A DNA stretch of 63,968 bases, filler included, from GCA_964501035.1; 5 parts of 5 records of this genome joined end to end with filler, not necessarily neighbours in it; one strand, 5' to 3'; shown: positions 33,125-43,343, numbered from the whole stretch's first letter. Made by a program: numbers and translations. The notes: generated by a model not told the origin, from the sequence alone.

Positions 33125-33940
33125 CTAAATGATAAAGTATAAAACGTAAAAATAAGTAAATGGTCCCGCAAACATTAGTGAATCAAATCTATCAAGTATC
33201 CCACCATGTCCTTGTAAAATATTACTTGAATCTTTAATTCCTGCTTCACGCTTGAGTAAAGATTCAGCAAAATCACCTAACTGACCAATTCCACCAGCAA
33301 TAAGCCCAATGATTATAGCATCCATAATTTGAACACTATCACCAAAAAAATTTAAGTAGTACAATAAACCCATAAATATAACACTAGATATTAAGCCTGC
33401 GATTGTGCCAACCCACGTTTTATTGGGACTTACATTAGGTAGAATTTTGGATTTTCCAAATTTAGAGCCAAAAATAAATGCCATTGTATCACATAACCAA
33501 ACAGTTAAGAATAGTGAAAGTGTAAGTTCAAACCCTATATCTGAAAAATTTCTTAACAGAGTTAATTTTGATAAGAATACTGTAATCCAAATAAATCCAA
33601 AAACTGAAATAGATATATTCAAAATTGATTTTTTGGATTTACGAAAAACTTCAATACTGAAAACTAAAAACATGAATCCAATTAAAAATAATGGTTGATC
33701 AAAATTTATATGACTCACAGAAAATGCAATGTACAAACTAGAGACAATCATAACAAATCGATACAGTATGTTCCCCCCATAATGTTTTGCAAGTGAATTC
33801 AATTCTATATGACCTAATAAAATAATTGTTGTAATAAAAGCTGTGAACCAAAATCCTCCTAAATAAATCATTAGAAGAATTCCAGGTACACCTAAAATAT
33901 TAACTAAAGTTCGTGGTTTTGATGTTTGTGTTTTAGTCAT
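33125..33940 (-). CDS. cdsA: phosphatidate cytidylyltransferase
   Basis: SPNKTWVG, GDFAESLLKREAGIKDS, GHGGILDRFDS. Confidence 0.96.
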   Translation of the reverse strand: MTKTQTSKPRTLVNILGVPGILLMIYLGGFWFTAFITTIILLGHIELNSLAKHYGGNILYRFVMIVSSLYIAFSVSHINFDQPLFLIGFMFLVFSIEVFRKSKKSILNISISVFGFIWITVFLSKLTLLRNFSDIGFELTLSLFLTVWLCDTMAFIFGSKFGKSKILPNVSPNKTWVGTIAGLISSVIFMGLLYYLNFFGDSVQIMDAIIIGLIAGGIGQLGDFAESLLKREAGIKDSSNILQGHGGILDRFDSLMFAGPFTYFYVLYFII

Positions 33941-34094
33941 TTTTTCACTTTCATATAGACTGGAAATTTAGACATTAAATGAGTGTATTCCCAAGATGTA
34001 AGATATGTTTACAGTAGTTATTATAAAAATGGAACTTTTTCAAGTGTAATACATACTCAAAGAGTTGTAAGATTTGACACAATTCGGAGAATAA

Positions 34095-34880
34095 ATGTTT
34101 AAAAATTTGTTGTATAATAATTTAATAGTTTTGATTTTGTTTGAGTCAATTTTAGTGTTTGGTGATACTCAAACTGAATTTGAGAAAAAATATATTGGTG
34201 AGTGGCCGGTTAACTCTGAAATCAATACCTTAGATGAAATTAACTTTAATAGTGAATGTCCAGGTGATATTACATGTAGTTGTGAAACTAATGCTGATTG
34301 CAAGAATGATAATTGTTTTAACTCTCCAAGAGGTAAATATTGTGCCCCCAAAGTTGGTGACCAAATCCCACATTTTATAGCTCAAGATCAATTTGGTGAA
34401 ATGGTAGACTTATATGATTTTGCAAATCAGGGGAAATTAGTTGTTGTTGAGATGTCAGCTGCATGGTGCTCCCCATGTAACGACCTTGCAGGATGGATGA
34501 CATTTGATGAAACTGCAATACAGGCTAATCGTTGGTGGAAACCCGAATATGAAAAAGTGAAAGAAAAAATTAGAAATAAAGATATCTTTTTTATCAATAT
34601 TCAATACGAAGATTATTATCGTGATACATCAAACCAAGATAGTATTGAAGAATGGTATAGTACGTATCCTGAAGATAATATCCCAATATTAATGGATAAT
34701 GAACGTAAAATGCATGGATGGATTAGACCTAGCGGTTTACCATGTGTTTTTATTTTAGATGAAAATATGAAATTTGTAAAATTTACTACACGTGGTTTAA
34801 ATGTTGCATTTGATTACTTGGTAGGTTTAGAAGAAAAAAAACAATCCAAAACTAAGGAAATGTACAAAGGTTCTAAATAA
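34095..34880 (+). CDS. exported thioredoxin-fold (TlpA/redoxin-like) protein with an N-terminal six-Cys module
   Basis: Signal peptide; VGDQIPHF..DQFGEMVDLYDF; AAWCSPC; cis-Pro motif GLPCVFILD. Confidence 0.8.
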   Translation: MFKNLLYNNLIVLILFESILVFGDTQTEFEKKYIGEWPVNSEINTLDEINFNSECPGDITCSCETNADCKNDNCFNSPRGKYCAPKVGDQIPHFIAQDQFGEMVDLYDFANQGKLVVVEMSAAWCSPCNDLAGWMTFDETAIQANRWWKPEYEKVKEKIRNKDIFFINIQYEDYYRDTSNQDSIEEWYSTYPEDNIPILMDNERKMHGWIRPSGLPCVFILDENMKFVKFTTRGLNVAFDYLVGLEEKKQSKTKEMYKGSK

Positions 34881-35369
34881 TCAATGATGCATATAAACGT
34901 TATCACCCCATTCGATAACATCAATACGAACTTCAGTTGTACCTTGATTTACAAAACCTAGTTTTAAAGCTGCTCCATAAGAACAATCTAAAATTCGATT
35001 GCCTACATAGGGACCCCTATCATTGATTCGTAAAATTTGGGATTTGTCATTTGCTAAATTGGTCACCCGCACTATTGTGTTTAAAGGAATTTCTTTATGG
35101 GCTGCTGTTAAACCATACATATCAAATATTTCACCATTTGCAGTCAGTTTTCCGTGAAATTTTTTACCGTAATATGATGAAATGCCAGTAAATGTTTTCT
35201 TAGTTGTATCAAAATTTGATTTCTTTTTGGAAGTTGTCTTTTGAGTGCTACTATTTTTTTGCAATGATGTTGAAGATTTTGAACTGCTACTCGTATATCT
35301 TGGTGAAGGCGCACAACTACTCGCAAGCAATAAAACCCCAGTTGATAATACTAAGAATCTAATTTTCAT
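34881..35369 (-). CDS. rlpA: septal ring lytic transglycosylase RlpA-family lipoprotein
   Basis: Lipobox, SYYGKKFHGKLTANGE, TAAHK, INDRGPY. Confidence 0.93.
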   Translation of the reverse strand: MKIRFLVLSTGVLLLASSCAPSPRYTSSSSKSSTSLQKNSSTQKTTSKKKSNFDTTKKTFTGISSYYGKKFHGKLTANGEIFDMYGLTAAHKEIPLNTIVRVTNLANDKSQILRINDRGPYVGNRILDCSYGAALKLGFVNQGTTEVRIDVIEWGDNVYMHH

Positions 35370-36283
35370 AAATAAGATTCAACTTTGCCAATGATTTCAG
35401 AAATATTCTTTAACCCATAATCTTTACAATACTGATTCAACTCTGATAATACTTCTACCCCAACATTGCTATTCGTAAAATTTGAAGTACCAATTTGGAC
35501 TAAACTTGCCCCCGCTAACATTAATTCAATGATGTCGTTTGCATTGGAAATTCCGCCAATTCCAATAATTGGAATGTGAATAGCTTGATGTATTTTAAAC
35601 ACATTCGCCACAGCAATTGGATGAATAGCTGGTCCGGATAAACCACCTGAATTTGTAAACAAACTTGGTTTTCGTGAATGAATATCAATGGACATACCAA
35701 CCACTGTATTTATTGCTGAAACTGCATCTGCTCCACCTTGTTCAGCAGATTGTGCAATCTCTTGAATATTGGTAACATTGGGACTTAGTTTAATAATAAG
35801 TAATTTCTTTGTTCGTTTTTTTAATTCCTTCGTTAGGGTTTCTGTTACGTTACTTTGTACTCCAAATGCCATTCCGCCTTCTTTTACATTTGGGCAAGAA
35901 ATATTGATTTCATACCCAATATGATTCCCACCCATATCCTCAATCATCTCTAATGTTTGAATATATTCTTCTTGTGTTGATCCAGCAATATTAATAATTA
36001 CATTAGTTTTTAACTTATTCAAAAATGGGATTTTATGCCTACAAAATTCATCCACACCTACATTTGCAAGTCCAATTGAATTTAACATTCCAGACGGAGT
36101 TTCACAAATACGTGGAGGAGGATTCCCTTCTCGAGGATGGTAAGTAACTGATTTAGTAACAATTCCACCTAATTTATTTACATCAACTAAATCGGATACT
36201 TCATGACCATAGCCAAATGTACCACTTGCAACTAGAACTGGTGAATTAAATTGGTTTTTGCAAAAGTCTATGTTTAAGCTCAT
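35366..36283 (-). CDS. pyrD: dihydroorotate dehydrogenase B, catalytic subunit
   Basis: ASGTFG, GNPPPR, NISCPNV, KLSPNVT, GGLSG. Confidence 0.95.
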   Translation of the reverse strand: MSLNIDFCKNQFNSPVLVASGTFGYGHEVSDLVDVNKLGGIVTKSVTYHPREGNPPPRICETPSGMLNSIGLANVGVDEFCRHKIPFLNKLKTNVIINIAGSTQEEYIQTLEMIEDMGGNHIGYEINISCPNVKEGGMAFGVQSNVTETLTKELKKRTKKLLIIKLSPNVTNIQEIAQSAEQGGADAVSAINTVVGMSIDIHSRKPSLFTNSGGLSGPAIHPIAVANVFKIHQAIHIPIIGIGGISNANDIIELMLAGASLVQIGTSNFTNSNVGVEVLSELNQYCKDYGLKNISEIIGKVESYL

Positions 36284-37074
36284 TTTAAATCCTTTGCATT
36301 AAAAATACTACCATCTTTACATACCAATGCAAATTTTGATCTATATGAATGCAGTTGTTTCTTGGTATTGTCATTTAACTCAACTGTACATCCTTGACAA
36401 ATCCCAATACCACATGCCATTATTGTTTCTAACGCTAAATAACAGGGTGAATTAACAGAATCTGCAAACGTCTTAACACTTTGCATCATTGGGTCAGGTC
36501 CACATGAATAAAATGTAATATGTTTTTTTGTTTGAATATTATCTTTTAACGATTCCAACGCGTTTACCGCATAACCATGAATACCTAAACTACCATCGTC
36601 GGTTGATAAAAAAATATTCTCCGAAGGATTGTGTTGTAAAAAATGTTCAGACTTTTTTCGAGCACCCATAATCAATAAATGTTCAATCTTTTTTGTTTTT
36701 AATGTATTATGAAGATTCTGAATAGGAGCAATACCAACTCCACCACCAACCAAAATTGGAAATGTACTTTCGAAATAATCCCATTTATTTCCCAAAGGAC
36801 CAATTATATCAACTTTATCTCCTATGCGCCAATTTCGCATAATATTCGTACCATCACCAACAACCTTGAATATTATGCTAATATGACCATCATTTTGTGA
36901 AGCAATACTCATGGGTCGCCGCATGACTTTTTTCCAATTTTTCGATGGTAAAATGTTTATGAATTGACCTGGATAGGAATCAGCAGAAATTTTAGGAGAA
37001 AATAAATGTACTTCCACGGTATTAAACGCAATTTCGTTTAAATGGACTACTTCAGCTAATTCTTGAAAAATCAT
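36280..37074 (-). CDS. pyrK: dihydroorotate dehydrogenase electron-transfer subunit
   Basis: RRPMSI, GGGVGIAP, CGPDPM, MACGIGICQGC...VCKDG. Confidence 0.95.
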   Translation of the reverse strand: MIFQELAEVVHLNEIAFNTVEVHLFSPKISADSYPGQFINILPSKNWKKVMRRPMSIASQNDGHISIIFKVVGDGTNIMRNWRIGDKVDIIGPLGNKWDYFESTFPILVGGGVGIAPIQNLHNTLKTKKIEHLLIMGARKKSEHFLQHNPSENIFLSTDDGSLGIHGYAVNALESLKDNIQTKKHITFYSCGPDPMMQSVKTFADSVNSPCYLALETIMACGIGICQGCTVELNDNTKKQLHSYRSKFALVCKDGSIFNAKDLK

Positions 37075-39770
37075 TCATTTTCCTTAAACTCATACCTAAT
37101 TTTCAATTTCATTCCTGTAGATACTTTGCCATTTGTTTGAGATAAATAATCTTCATTATCCATTACTAAAACCGTCCATGCATCAGGATTATTATAGATT
37201 TTTTCAGCGATAACTCCAAGATTATCACCTTCAACAACAATATATTCAGAAGATGAATTCGTTTGTCCAAAGATCTCATGTTCAGTAAATAAGTTTAAAA
37301 CTTCAAATACAGTTTGTTTTGAACTGTCACTTTTTGATACAAAATTCCAACTATAAACAGCTTCCCAAGGATATTCTGTGTTACTAAAATACAAATTAGT
37401 TAAACCAACACCTAATGTATCTGCAATAGGAATTGGAATATCTTCTTTAACAGTATCAAATACAGTGGAAAAGGCATTGATGTTTTGGTATTGTTCATCT
37501 AATTCGCTATATAAATTTGAATTTATATCAAGGGATAACAAAGGGCTAATTACAATAGTTGAATCTAAATAAAAACTTGTATCAGGGTATTCATCATGTA
37601 ATAATTTAAGCCAGTCAAATGTTGAATCTAACTCAGCCATATGCAACATAGAATATGGTCTAAAGGTGGATACTGAATATTCATCAATTATAAAGTTGAA
37701 TATTGACTTTGCACTGTCTTTTATTACAAAATTAGTTTTAAACAAATTTGCTTTTTTATAATTTAATGAGTCTAACTCATTGTACTCTGATATTTGGCTT
37801 GTATTTGTGTCACCAATTGCTAATGTTGTATCTGCAAGAATCGATTGAATTTTTGATTCAATTTGATTATATATATCAATATTTTGACTTAATTTTGAAG
37901 CAGTACTTTTTATCGATGTGTTTTCACCTGATTTTACTTGATTTAATACAACCTTTGCTGAATCTAGTAAAAAATCATGCTTTATCAGGCTTAAAGCATC
38001 ATAAAATAATTTTTTTTGATTAATTTTATGAAGTTCAGTCTCAATAATTGATGATATTTCATTCATCCTATCATTTGCAATAATAGATTGCTCATGCTCT
38101 GGGTATTGAGTAACCAGTCTTCTGTAAATCTTGACTGCATCTTGAAGGTTATTTAAGTAAATATCTGCAACCAATCCTGCTGAATACAAAGAAATTGGGT
38201 CATTTTCTTCTTCAGCAATTTGTAAAAATTTTTCTTTCACTGCAATATAAGAGTCTATTTGTAAATCCCATGCCGAATCACGCTTAACAATTAGGGGGTC
38301 AACATTATGAGCTGTCTCATTTAGAGTGTCATTCTCTGAGCGTTGCAGGTATGTTGATTCTGGATATTCTGTTTCTAATTTTTCCGCCCAATTTTGATTT
38401 GGAAAATGTTGATGTAAAATATACAGAGATTGTGGAATAAATTTAGAATATGGATATTCATTTACTAGATGAATATATTTTTCCATAGCTGAATCTTCTT
38501 GAAAAAAATCGAAGTATAAAATTTGTCCCATTCTAAACAATAATGAATCTGGATTTGTTTCATTACCTGACATTTGAGGGACTGGTGGTGACATTACCAT
38601 CTCATTATCAATAAATGTTGAATCAAGAGTTTCTTCTAAAATAAAAACACTATCTTCAATTGCTGGTTGTTCTTCAGTTAAATATTTATAATCCTCAACA
38701 AGAATGGTATAATCTTCTATTAGTTCTTTTGCATCATTTGATTTTTTACCATATTCTGAACGTGGTTTTTCTTCTTTGGATTTAACAAATAAATCTGATG
38801 CTAAACTTAAATTGAAATTTTCTAGTAGTTGAATTGTACCCAAATGATAATATGCTTCAGCAGTTTCATTTTTCTTAGTGTATTCTTCAACTAAGGTTTC
38901 AAAAAATCCTTGAGCAGTTTCAAAATCTCCCATGTCTAAGTACACTTTTCCACGTTCTAACTCAAGTTTAATTTTAATGCTACTATATTCTGAAAGCCCT
39001 AACAGTTTCTCAATTTCTTCAATGATAATATCATAATTTTGAAGCTTTCTATTTACATCTATCCAATCCAATTTTGTGCTTCTGCGTATATCTGATTTTG
39101 AAGTATATCTTTCTACATTTTCAAGATAACCTACCAATTTTTCATAAAGTTTATTTTTTTCAGCCAAATTTGCTAGGATGGAATAAATTTTAAATTTCTT
39201 TGAATCAGTTGAAGCATACCGAATACAGGTTTCATATTCTATAAACGCAGTTTCATTGTCTTTAAGGTCAAGGGCTATCTCTGCTAAAATTGAGTGGATT
39301 AAAAACTTGTCTTCTTTCCGTTTTGGTTTTGACTTTAAAACATCGTCAAGTTCTTGCTTTGCCAACTCGGATTGACCCATTTTAAAATGCACGTATGATA
39401 ACCATATATGCGCTTCAAATGCGAACTCGCTTGAAGGATACTCTTTAACTAGTTTTGATAAATACCTCTCAGACATTGCAATATCATTTAACAATAATGT
39501 AGAGCGTCCAATTAAATAAATTGCATCATCTACATATTTACTTTCTGGATATTTTTCGATAACTATAAAACTATTCTCTATAGACTTTTCCAGTAAATTC
39601 CCTGCTTGCGAAGGTATATCTCCACTTTCTAACTGTGCAGATTCCTCAATCAATTCATTCGCTTTGTCAAATGAAGTTTCTGCATTATAAAAGGTGTTAT
39701 AGTAAACACAAGAAGTACTGAGTACAGAAATTACAAAAAGAAGAAATATATGTCTAGAAAGTTTGCGCAT
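37071..39770 (-). CDS. TPR-rich lipoprotein with C-terminal LysM domain
   Basis: Lipobox TS-CVYYNTFYNA; repeated YPxSxY TPR turns; C-terminal YIVVEGDNLGVIAEKIY. Confidence 0.8.
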   Translation of the reverse strand: MRKLSRHIFLLFVISVLSTSCVYYNTFYNAETSFDKANELIEESAQLESGDIPSQAGNLLEKSIENSFIVIEKYPESKYVDDAIYLIGRSTLLLNDIAMSERYLSKLVKEYPSSEFAFEAHIWLSYVHFKMGQSELAKQELDDVLKSKPKRKEDKFLIHSILAEIALDLKDNETAFIEYETCIRYASTDSKKFKIYSILANLAEKNKLYEKLVGYLENVERYTSKSDIRRSTKLDWIDVNRKLQNYDIIIEEIEKLLGLSEYSSIKIKLELERGKVYLDMGDFETAQGFFETLVEEYTKKNETAEAYYHLGTIQLLENFNLSLASDLFVKSKEEKPRSEYGKKSNDAKELIEDYTILVEDYKYLTEEQPAIEDSVFILEETLDSTFIDNEMVMSPPVPQMSGNETNPDSLLFRMGQILYFDFFQEDSAMEKYIHLVNEYPYSKFIPQSLYILHQHFPNQNWAEKLETEYPESTYLQRSENDTLNETAHNVDPLIVKRDSAWDLQIDSYIAVKEKFLQIAEEENDPISLYSAGLVADIYLNNLQDAVKIYRRLVTQYPEHEQSIIANDRMNEISSIIETELHKINQKKLFYDALSLIKHDFLLDSAKVVLNQVKSGENTSIKSTASKLSQNIDIYNQIESKIQSILADTTLAIGDTNTSQISEYNELDSLNYKKANLFKTNFVIKDSAKSIFNFIIDEYSVSTFRPYSMLHMAELDSTFDWLKLLHDEYPDTSFYLDSTIVISPLLSLDINSNLYSELDEQYQNINAFSTVFDTVKEDIPIPIADTLGVGLTNLYFSNTEYPWEAVYSWNFVSKSDSSKQTVFEVLNLFTEHEIFGQTNSSSEYIVVEGDNLGVIAEKIYNNPDAWTVLVMDNEDYLSQTNGKVSTGMKLKIRYEFKENE

Positions 39771-39839
39771 TGATTAGTATGTAATTTAGACGATTAAGTA
39801 TAGTTCCTCAAACGAAGAACTTTGTTTTATTTTATAGAG

Positions 39840-40121
39840 TTATTTTTTCTCATAGGAATCAAGTTTATATACATTGTAATCTTCTCCAACTGCAGACCAA
39901 TCCAATAAATTATTCATCACATCTGAAGCATTATAGTCTTGCCCAAGATCAACAAATAGAACTTGATTATTGTTTAAAAATATTTTTAAATCCGTACTGG
40001 ATATCGATTCGATACTAACAACACAAGCTAGGTTTACAATCCATGACTTCTGTTGTGGCATACCATGTAAATCAACAAGCGTATAAGTAAATTTAACAAA
40101 TGGTGAGTAAATCTCATTCAT
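39840..40121 (-). CDS. hypothetical protein (93 aa)
   Basis: ATG with upstream GGAG; fits the gap between co-oriented genes. Confidence 0.6.
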   Translation of the reverse strand: MNEIYSPFVKFTYTLVDLHGMPQQKSWIVNLACVVSIESISSTDLKIFLNNNQVLFVDLGQDYNASDVMNNLLDWSAVGEDYNVYKLDSYEKK

Positions 40122-40168
40122 ATAGTACTATTCTCCATACCAATATTTTATGATTAACTTAATATAAT

Positions 40169-40783
40169 CTAAAAGGAATTTAATCGATATGATATTTGAA
40201 ACGACCCATAAATTGCTTCTCCCTCATCACCATTGGAAAAATCGACATAGAATGAAGTAGATAAAGAGTTTAACCATTTTTTGAAAAATTCTAAATTAAT
40301 ATTTTGTTTTTGATAATTATCACCATCAATTCCATAATAGTACATTTCCCTAGAGATATTTAATGATGTATTCCAGTTTTTTGTTGAATAGATCAATCCT
40401 ATTCTACCCTTTGAAGAATTATATAAAATACTTTTTAGCACATCAAATGTTAACTTTCCACTAACATTCTTAAATATGAAATTGTCCTTAGAAAGTCTAA
40501 TGGAAAAATTATTAATACTATTTTGATTGTTTTTAAGTAGTAATTTGGTATAACTAAAATTACATCTTATCTTATTTGGTAACTTTACAAATATATTTTC
40601 ACCAAAAAATTCTCGAGTAAGTTTGTTTATTGTTGAATCAATTGTAACGTTACTTTCACCATAATTATAATATGTTGAAGTTCTTAACCATTTAAACAAT
40701 CTAATATCTGTGTACACATTTGCTAATGAAAGATATGAATTAGTTCCATTTGAATTTGGAATATTATATCGTGTGTTTATTGA
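40169..40783 (-). CDS. hypothetical outer-membrane beta-barrel-like protein, 5'-partial
   Basis: Frame is open to the contig end; alternating aromatic beta pattern; ends ISYRLNSF. Confidence 0.55.
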   Translation of the reverse strand, partial: SINTRYNIPNSNGTNSYLSLANVYTDIRLFKWLRTSTYYNYGESNVTIDSTINKLTREFFGENIFVKLPNKIRCNFSYTKLLLKNNQNSINNFSIRLSKDNFIFKNVSGKLTFDVLKSILYNSSKGRIGLIYSTKNWNTSLNISREMYYYGIDGDNYQKQNINLEFFKKWLNSLSTSFYVDFSNGDEGEAIYGSFQISYRLNSF

Positions 40784-40883
40784 NNNNNNNNNNNNNNNNN
40801 NNNNNNNNNNNNNNNNNNNNNNNNNNNTTAATTAATTAANNNNNNNNNNNNNNNNNNNNNNNNNNNNNNNNNNNNNNNNNNNN
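40784..40883. other. artificial contig linker
   Basis: Same 100-nt spacer. Confidence 0.98.
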
Positions 40884-42278
40884 ACTGAAAATAACACCTT
40901 AGTCGGTGTGGGAATGGATGGACTTTTTTTAATGGATAGTTTTGGTGAGTTTAACCATATCATTCCAATGAGCCAATCAGAACCATTTCCAACAAATATT
41001 GATGATACTAATAACCATTTTCAAGGTGTAAAATTGAACTTTGAGATTGCAAAAGACAACCCATTGTTCTCAATCATAGAGACATCAAATAATAATCTAT
41101 TGTTTGGTAATAAAGGTGTTAGACCTCATAATTCAGAACCTATTACTAAAGGCGCAGTGTTTGAAATAAATCCAACTACTTTTGAATTTAGTATTTATGA
41201 TACAACCAATCAAATTATTGATGCCCAAGATGGAATATATACTCCTTTGTGGAATGTCCAATATATGGTTATCTCACAGATACAAAAAGACCATAATGGT
41301 AATGCTTGGATTCTAAATCCTATGGGGGAATATTTTGGTAATATGTTATCTATTCAACATGCTGATGGTGAGACGTGGTCACATGTAAAACAACCCGATG
41401 ATCACTCTTATTGGGCTAATAGTATTGCGTTTGATAATAGTAATCGAGCTTGGTTTGGAATACGAGGTGGTTGGGGAAACAATTATACTACTGGTGGGTT
41501 GAGAGTATTACAATATTCACCTAATTTAAACTGGGATGAAACTGACACAACTTGGATTGAAATTAATAATCAAATTGTTCTGCCAGGTGGAAACAATACC
41601 ACTGTATTTTCATGTGTCATTGATAATAGAAATGATTTATGGGTGTTAACTGGTGATGGAGTGCAAGGGTATTCAGTTAGTGGAAGTTCTACAATTTCTT
41701 TAAGTCCATTGAACACCTATTATGACTATTTATATTATGCTTCATTTGAAATGGGTGACAGAATACGTGTGGATGCTCAAAATAATAAGTGGATTATTAC
41801 CCATAATGGTATTTGGGTAATTCAAGATAATCATACATTTTGGCCAGATGAAAGTGGAATAAACTCAAGCAATAGTGAAATACTTTCTGATGTTGTTTTG
41901 GATATTGCATTTGATGAAGAAAATGGAAATGTTTATTTTGCAACCGACAAGGGAATTTCAAAGTTAAAAACACCATTTGCAAATTCCGAAGAAGCTCAAA
42001 ATTCAAATAGAATTTTATTAAATCCCAATCCATATATATTACCCAACAGTGAATTGTTTAATGCAAAAATACCTTTCAAAGGGGCGACTGTGAAAATAAT
42101 GCAGTTAAATGGCAGAGTACTAGTGAGTCACCAATTAGATAATTCTGAGAGAAAATGGATTAGTTGGAATGGTAGAAACTCACAAGGACAATATCTTTCT
42201 AGTGGGGTGTATCTAGTCACGGCATCAACACTAGAAGGTGAAACTGCTTCTGCTAAGCTTGCAATTATTCGCAGATAG
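40884..42278 (+). CDS. PorZ-like beta-propeller protein with T9SS-type/FlgD-like C-terminal domain, 5'-partial
   Basis: Propeller blades (IAFDNSNRAWFG, VDAQNNKWI, VYFATDKGISK); C-terminal domain NPNPY...VKIMQLNG...WNGRNSQG..LSSGVYL...KLAIIR. Confidence 0.75.
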   Translation, partial: TENNTLVGVGMDGLFLMDSFGEFNHIIPMSQSEPFPTNIDDTNNHFQGVKLNFEIAKDNPLFSIIETSNNNLLFGNKGVRPHNSEPITKGAVFEINPTTFEFSIYDTTNQIIDAQDGIYTPLWNVQYMVISQIQKDHNGNAWILNPMGEYFGNMLSIQHADGETWSHVKQPDDHSYWANSIAFDNSNRAWFGIRGGWGNNYTTGGLRVLQYSPNLNWDETDTTWIEINNQIVLPGGNNTTVFSCVIDNRNDLWVLTGDGVQGYSVSGSSTISLSPLNTYYDYLYYASFEMGDRIRVDAQNNKWIITHNGIWVIQDNHTFWPDESGINSSNSEILSDVVLDIAFDEENGNVYFATDKGISKLKTPFANSEEAQNSNRILLNPNPYILPNSELFNAKIPFKGATVKIMQLNGRVLVSHQLDNSERKWISWNGRNSQGQYLSSGVYLVTASTLEGETASAKLAIIRR

Positions 42279-42287
42279 TAATTCTAA

Positions 42288-43343
42288 CTAAACTACAATT
42301 CTTTTTGCAAAACCAAACTCATCTTCTAATTCAGAAATAACCGATTTAATGAGCTGTTTTCTTTCTTGATGATGTAAAAATGCACTTTTAAATCCAGCAA
42401 TGACAATATTTCGTAAATGATGTAAGTCCAAGTTAAATGTTTCCATTGCAAGTGCATATTCTTTTGTAAGTGTTGTTCCTGAAATTAGTCGATTATCTGT
42501 ATTTATTGTAACTCTAATTCCTTCATCTAAATAAAATTTAAATGGATGGTTTTGAAGTGAATCAACACTTTTAGTATGGATGTTGCTAATTAAATTTATT
42601 TCAAGTGCTATCCGGTGATCATTTACAAACTGCATCAAGTCAGGATTCTCTCTTAATCGGGTTCCGTGCCCAATACGATGCGCACCACAAGCATGTATTG
42701 CTTGATGAATACTCTCTGGCCCGAAAGCTTCTCCAGCATGCAGTGTTGTATTAATATTGTTTTTCAGAATTAATGAAAATGCTTCTTGGTGATGTTTTGC
42801 AGGGAAATTTTCTTCAGCACCAGCCAAATCAAACCCAACTACACCTTTATTCTTATATTGAACTGTTAAATCTGCAAGTTTTAAAGATACTTCTGGAGAA
42901 ATATTTCGTATCCCACAGATTATAACACCCGTAATAATTCCAAAATCATTTTCTGCACGCTTCAGACCTAATATGACAGAATCCACTGCTTCAGAGAGAG
43001 TCATTCCAAGTTGTGTATGCAAAATAGGCGAATATCTTGCTTCTAAATACCGAACACCATCATTCCAACAATCTTCAGCAAGTTCATAAGCAGTACGCTC
43101 TAATGATTCGGGTGTTTGCATCACAGATAATGTAATTTCAAACCGTTTTAAATAATCTTCCAATGACCCAATATTGTCACCAATAGTTAAAATATTAGTT
43201 AGCTCTTTTTTATCAAATGAGGGTAACTGAATTTTATTCTGTTTTGCAATATCAATAATAGTTGAAACTCTTAGTGAACCATCTAGATGACAGTGAAGTT
43301 CAGCTTTAGGTATTTTTTGTAATAAATCAGAAGGGAATTTCAT
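42288..43343 (-). CDS. add: adenosine deaminase
   Basis: PKAELHCHLDGS, GFDLAGAE, HAGE, RIGHG, NTDN. Confidence 0.93.
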   Translation of the reverse strand: MKFPSDLLQKIPKAELHCHLDGSLRVSTIIDIAKQNKIQLPSFDKKELTNILTIGDNIGSLEDYLKRFEITLSVMQTPESLERTAYELAEDCWNDGVRYLEARYSPILHTQLGMTLSEAVDSVILGLKRAENDFGIITGVIICGIRNISPEVSLKLADLTVQYKNKGVVGFDLAGAEENFPAKHHQEAFSLILKNNINTTLHAGEAFGPESIHQAIHACGAHRIGHGTRLRENPDLMQFVNDHRIALEINLISNIHTKSVDSLQNHPFKFYLDEGIRVTINTDNRLISGTTLTKEYALAMETFNLDLHHLRNIVIAGFKSAFLHHQERKQLIKSVISELEDEFGFAKRIVV

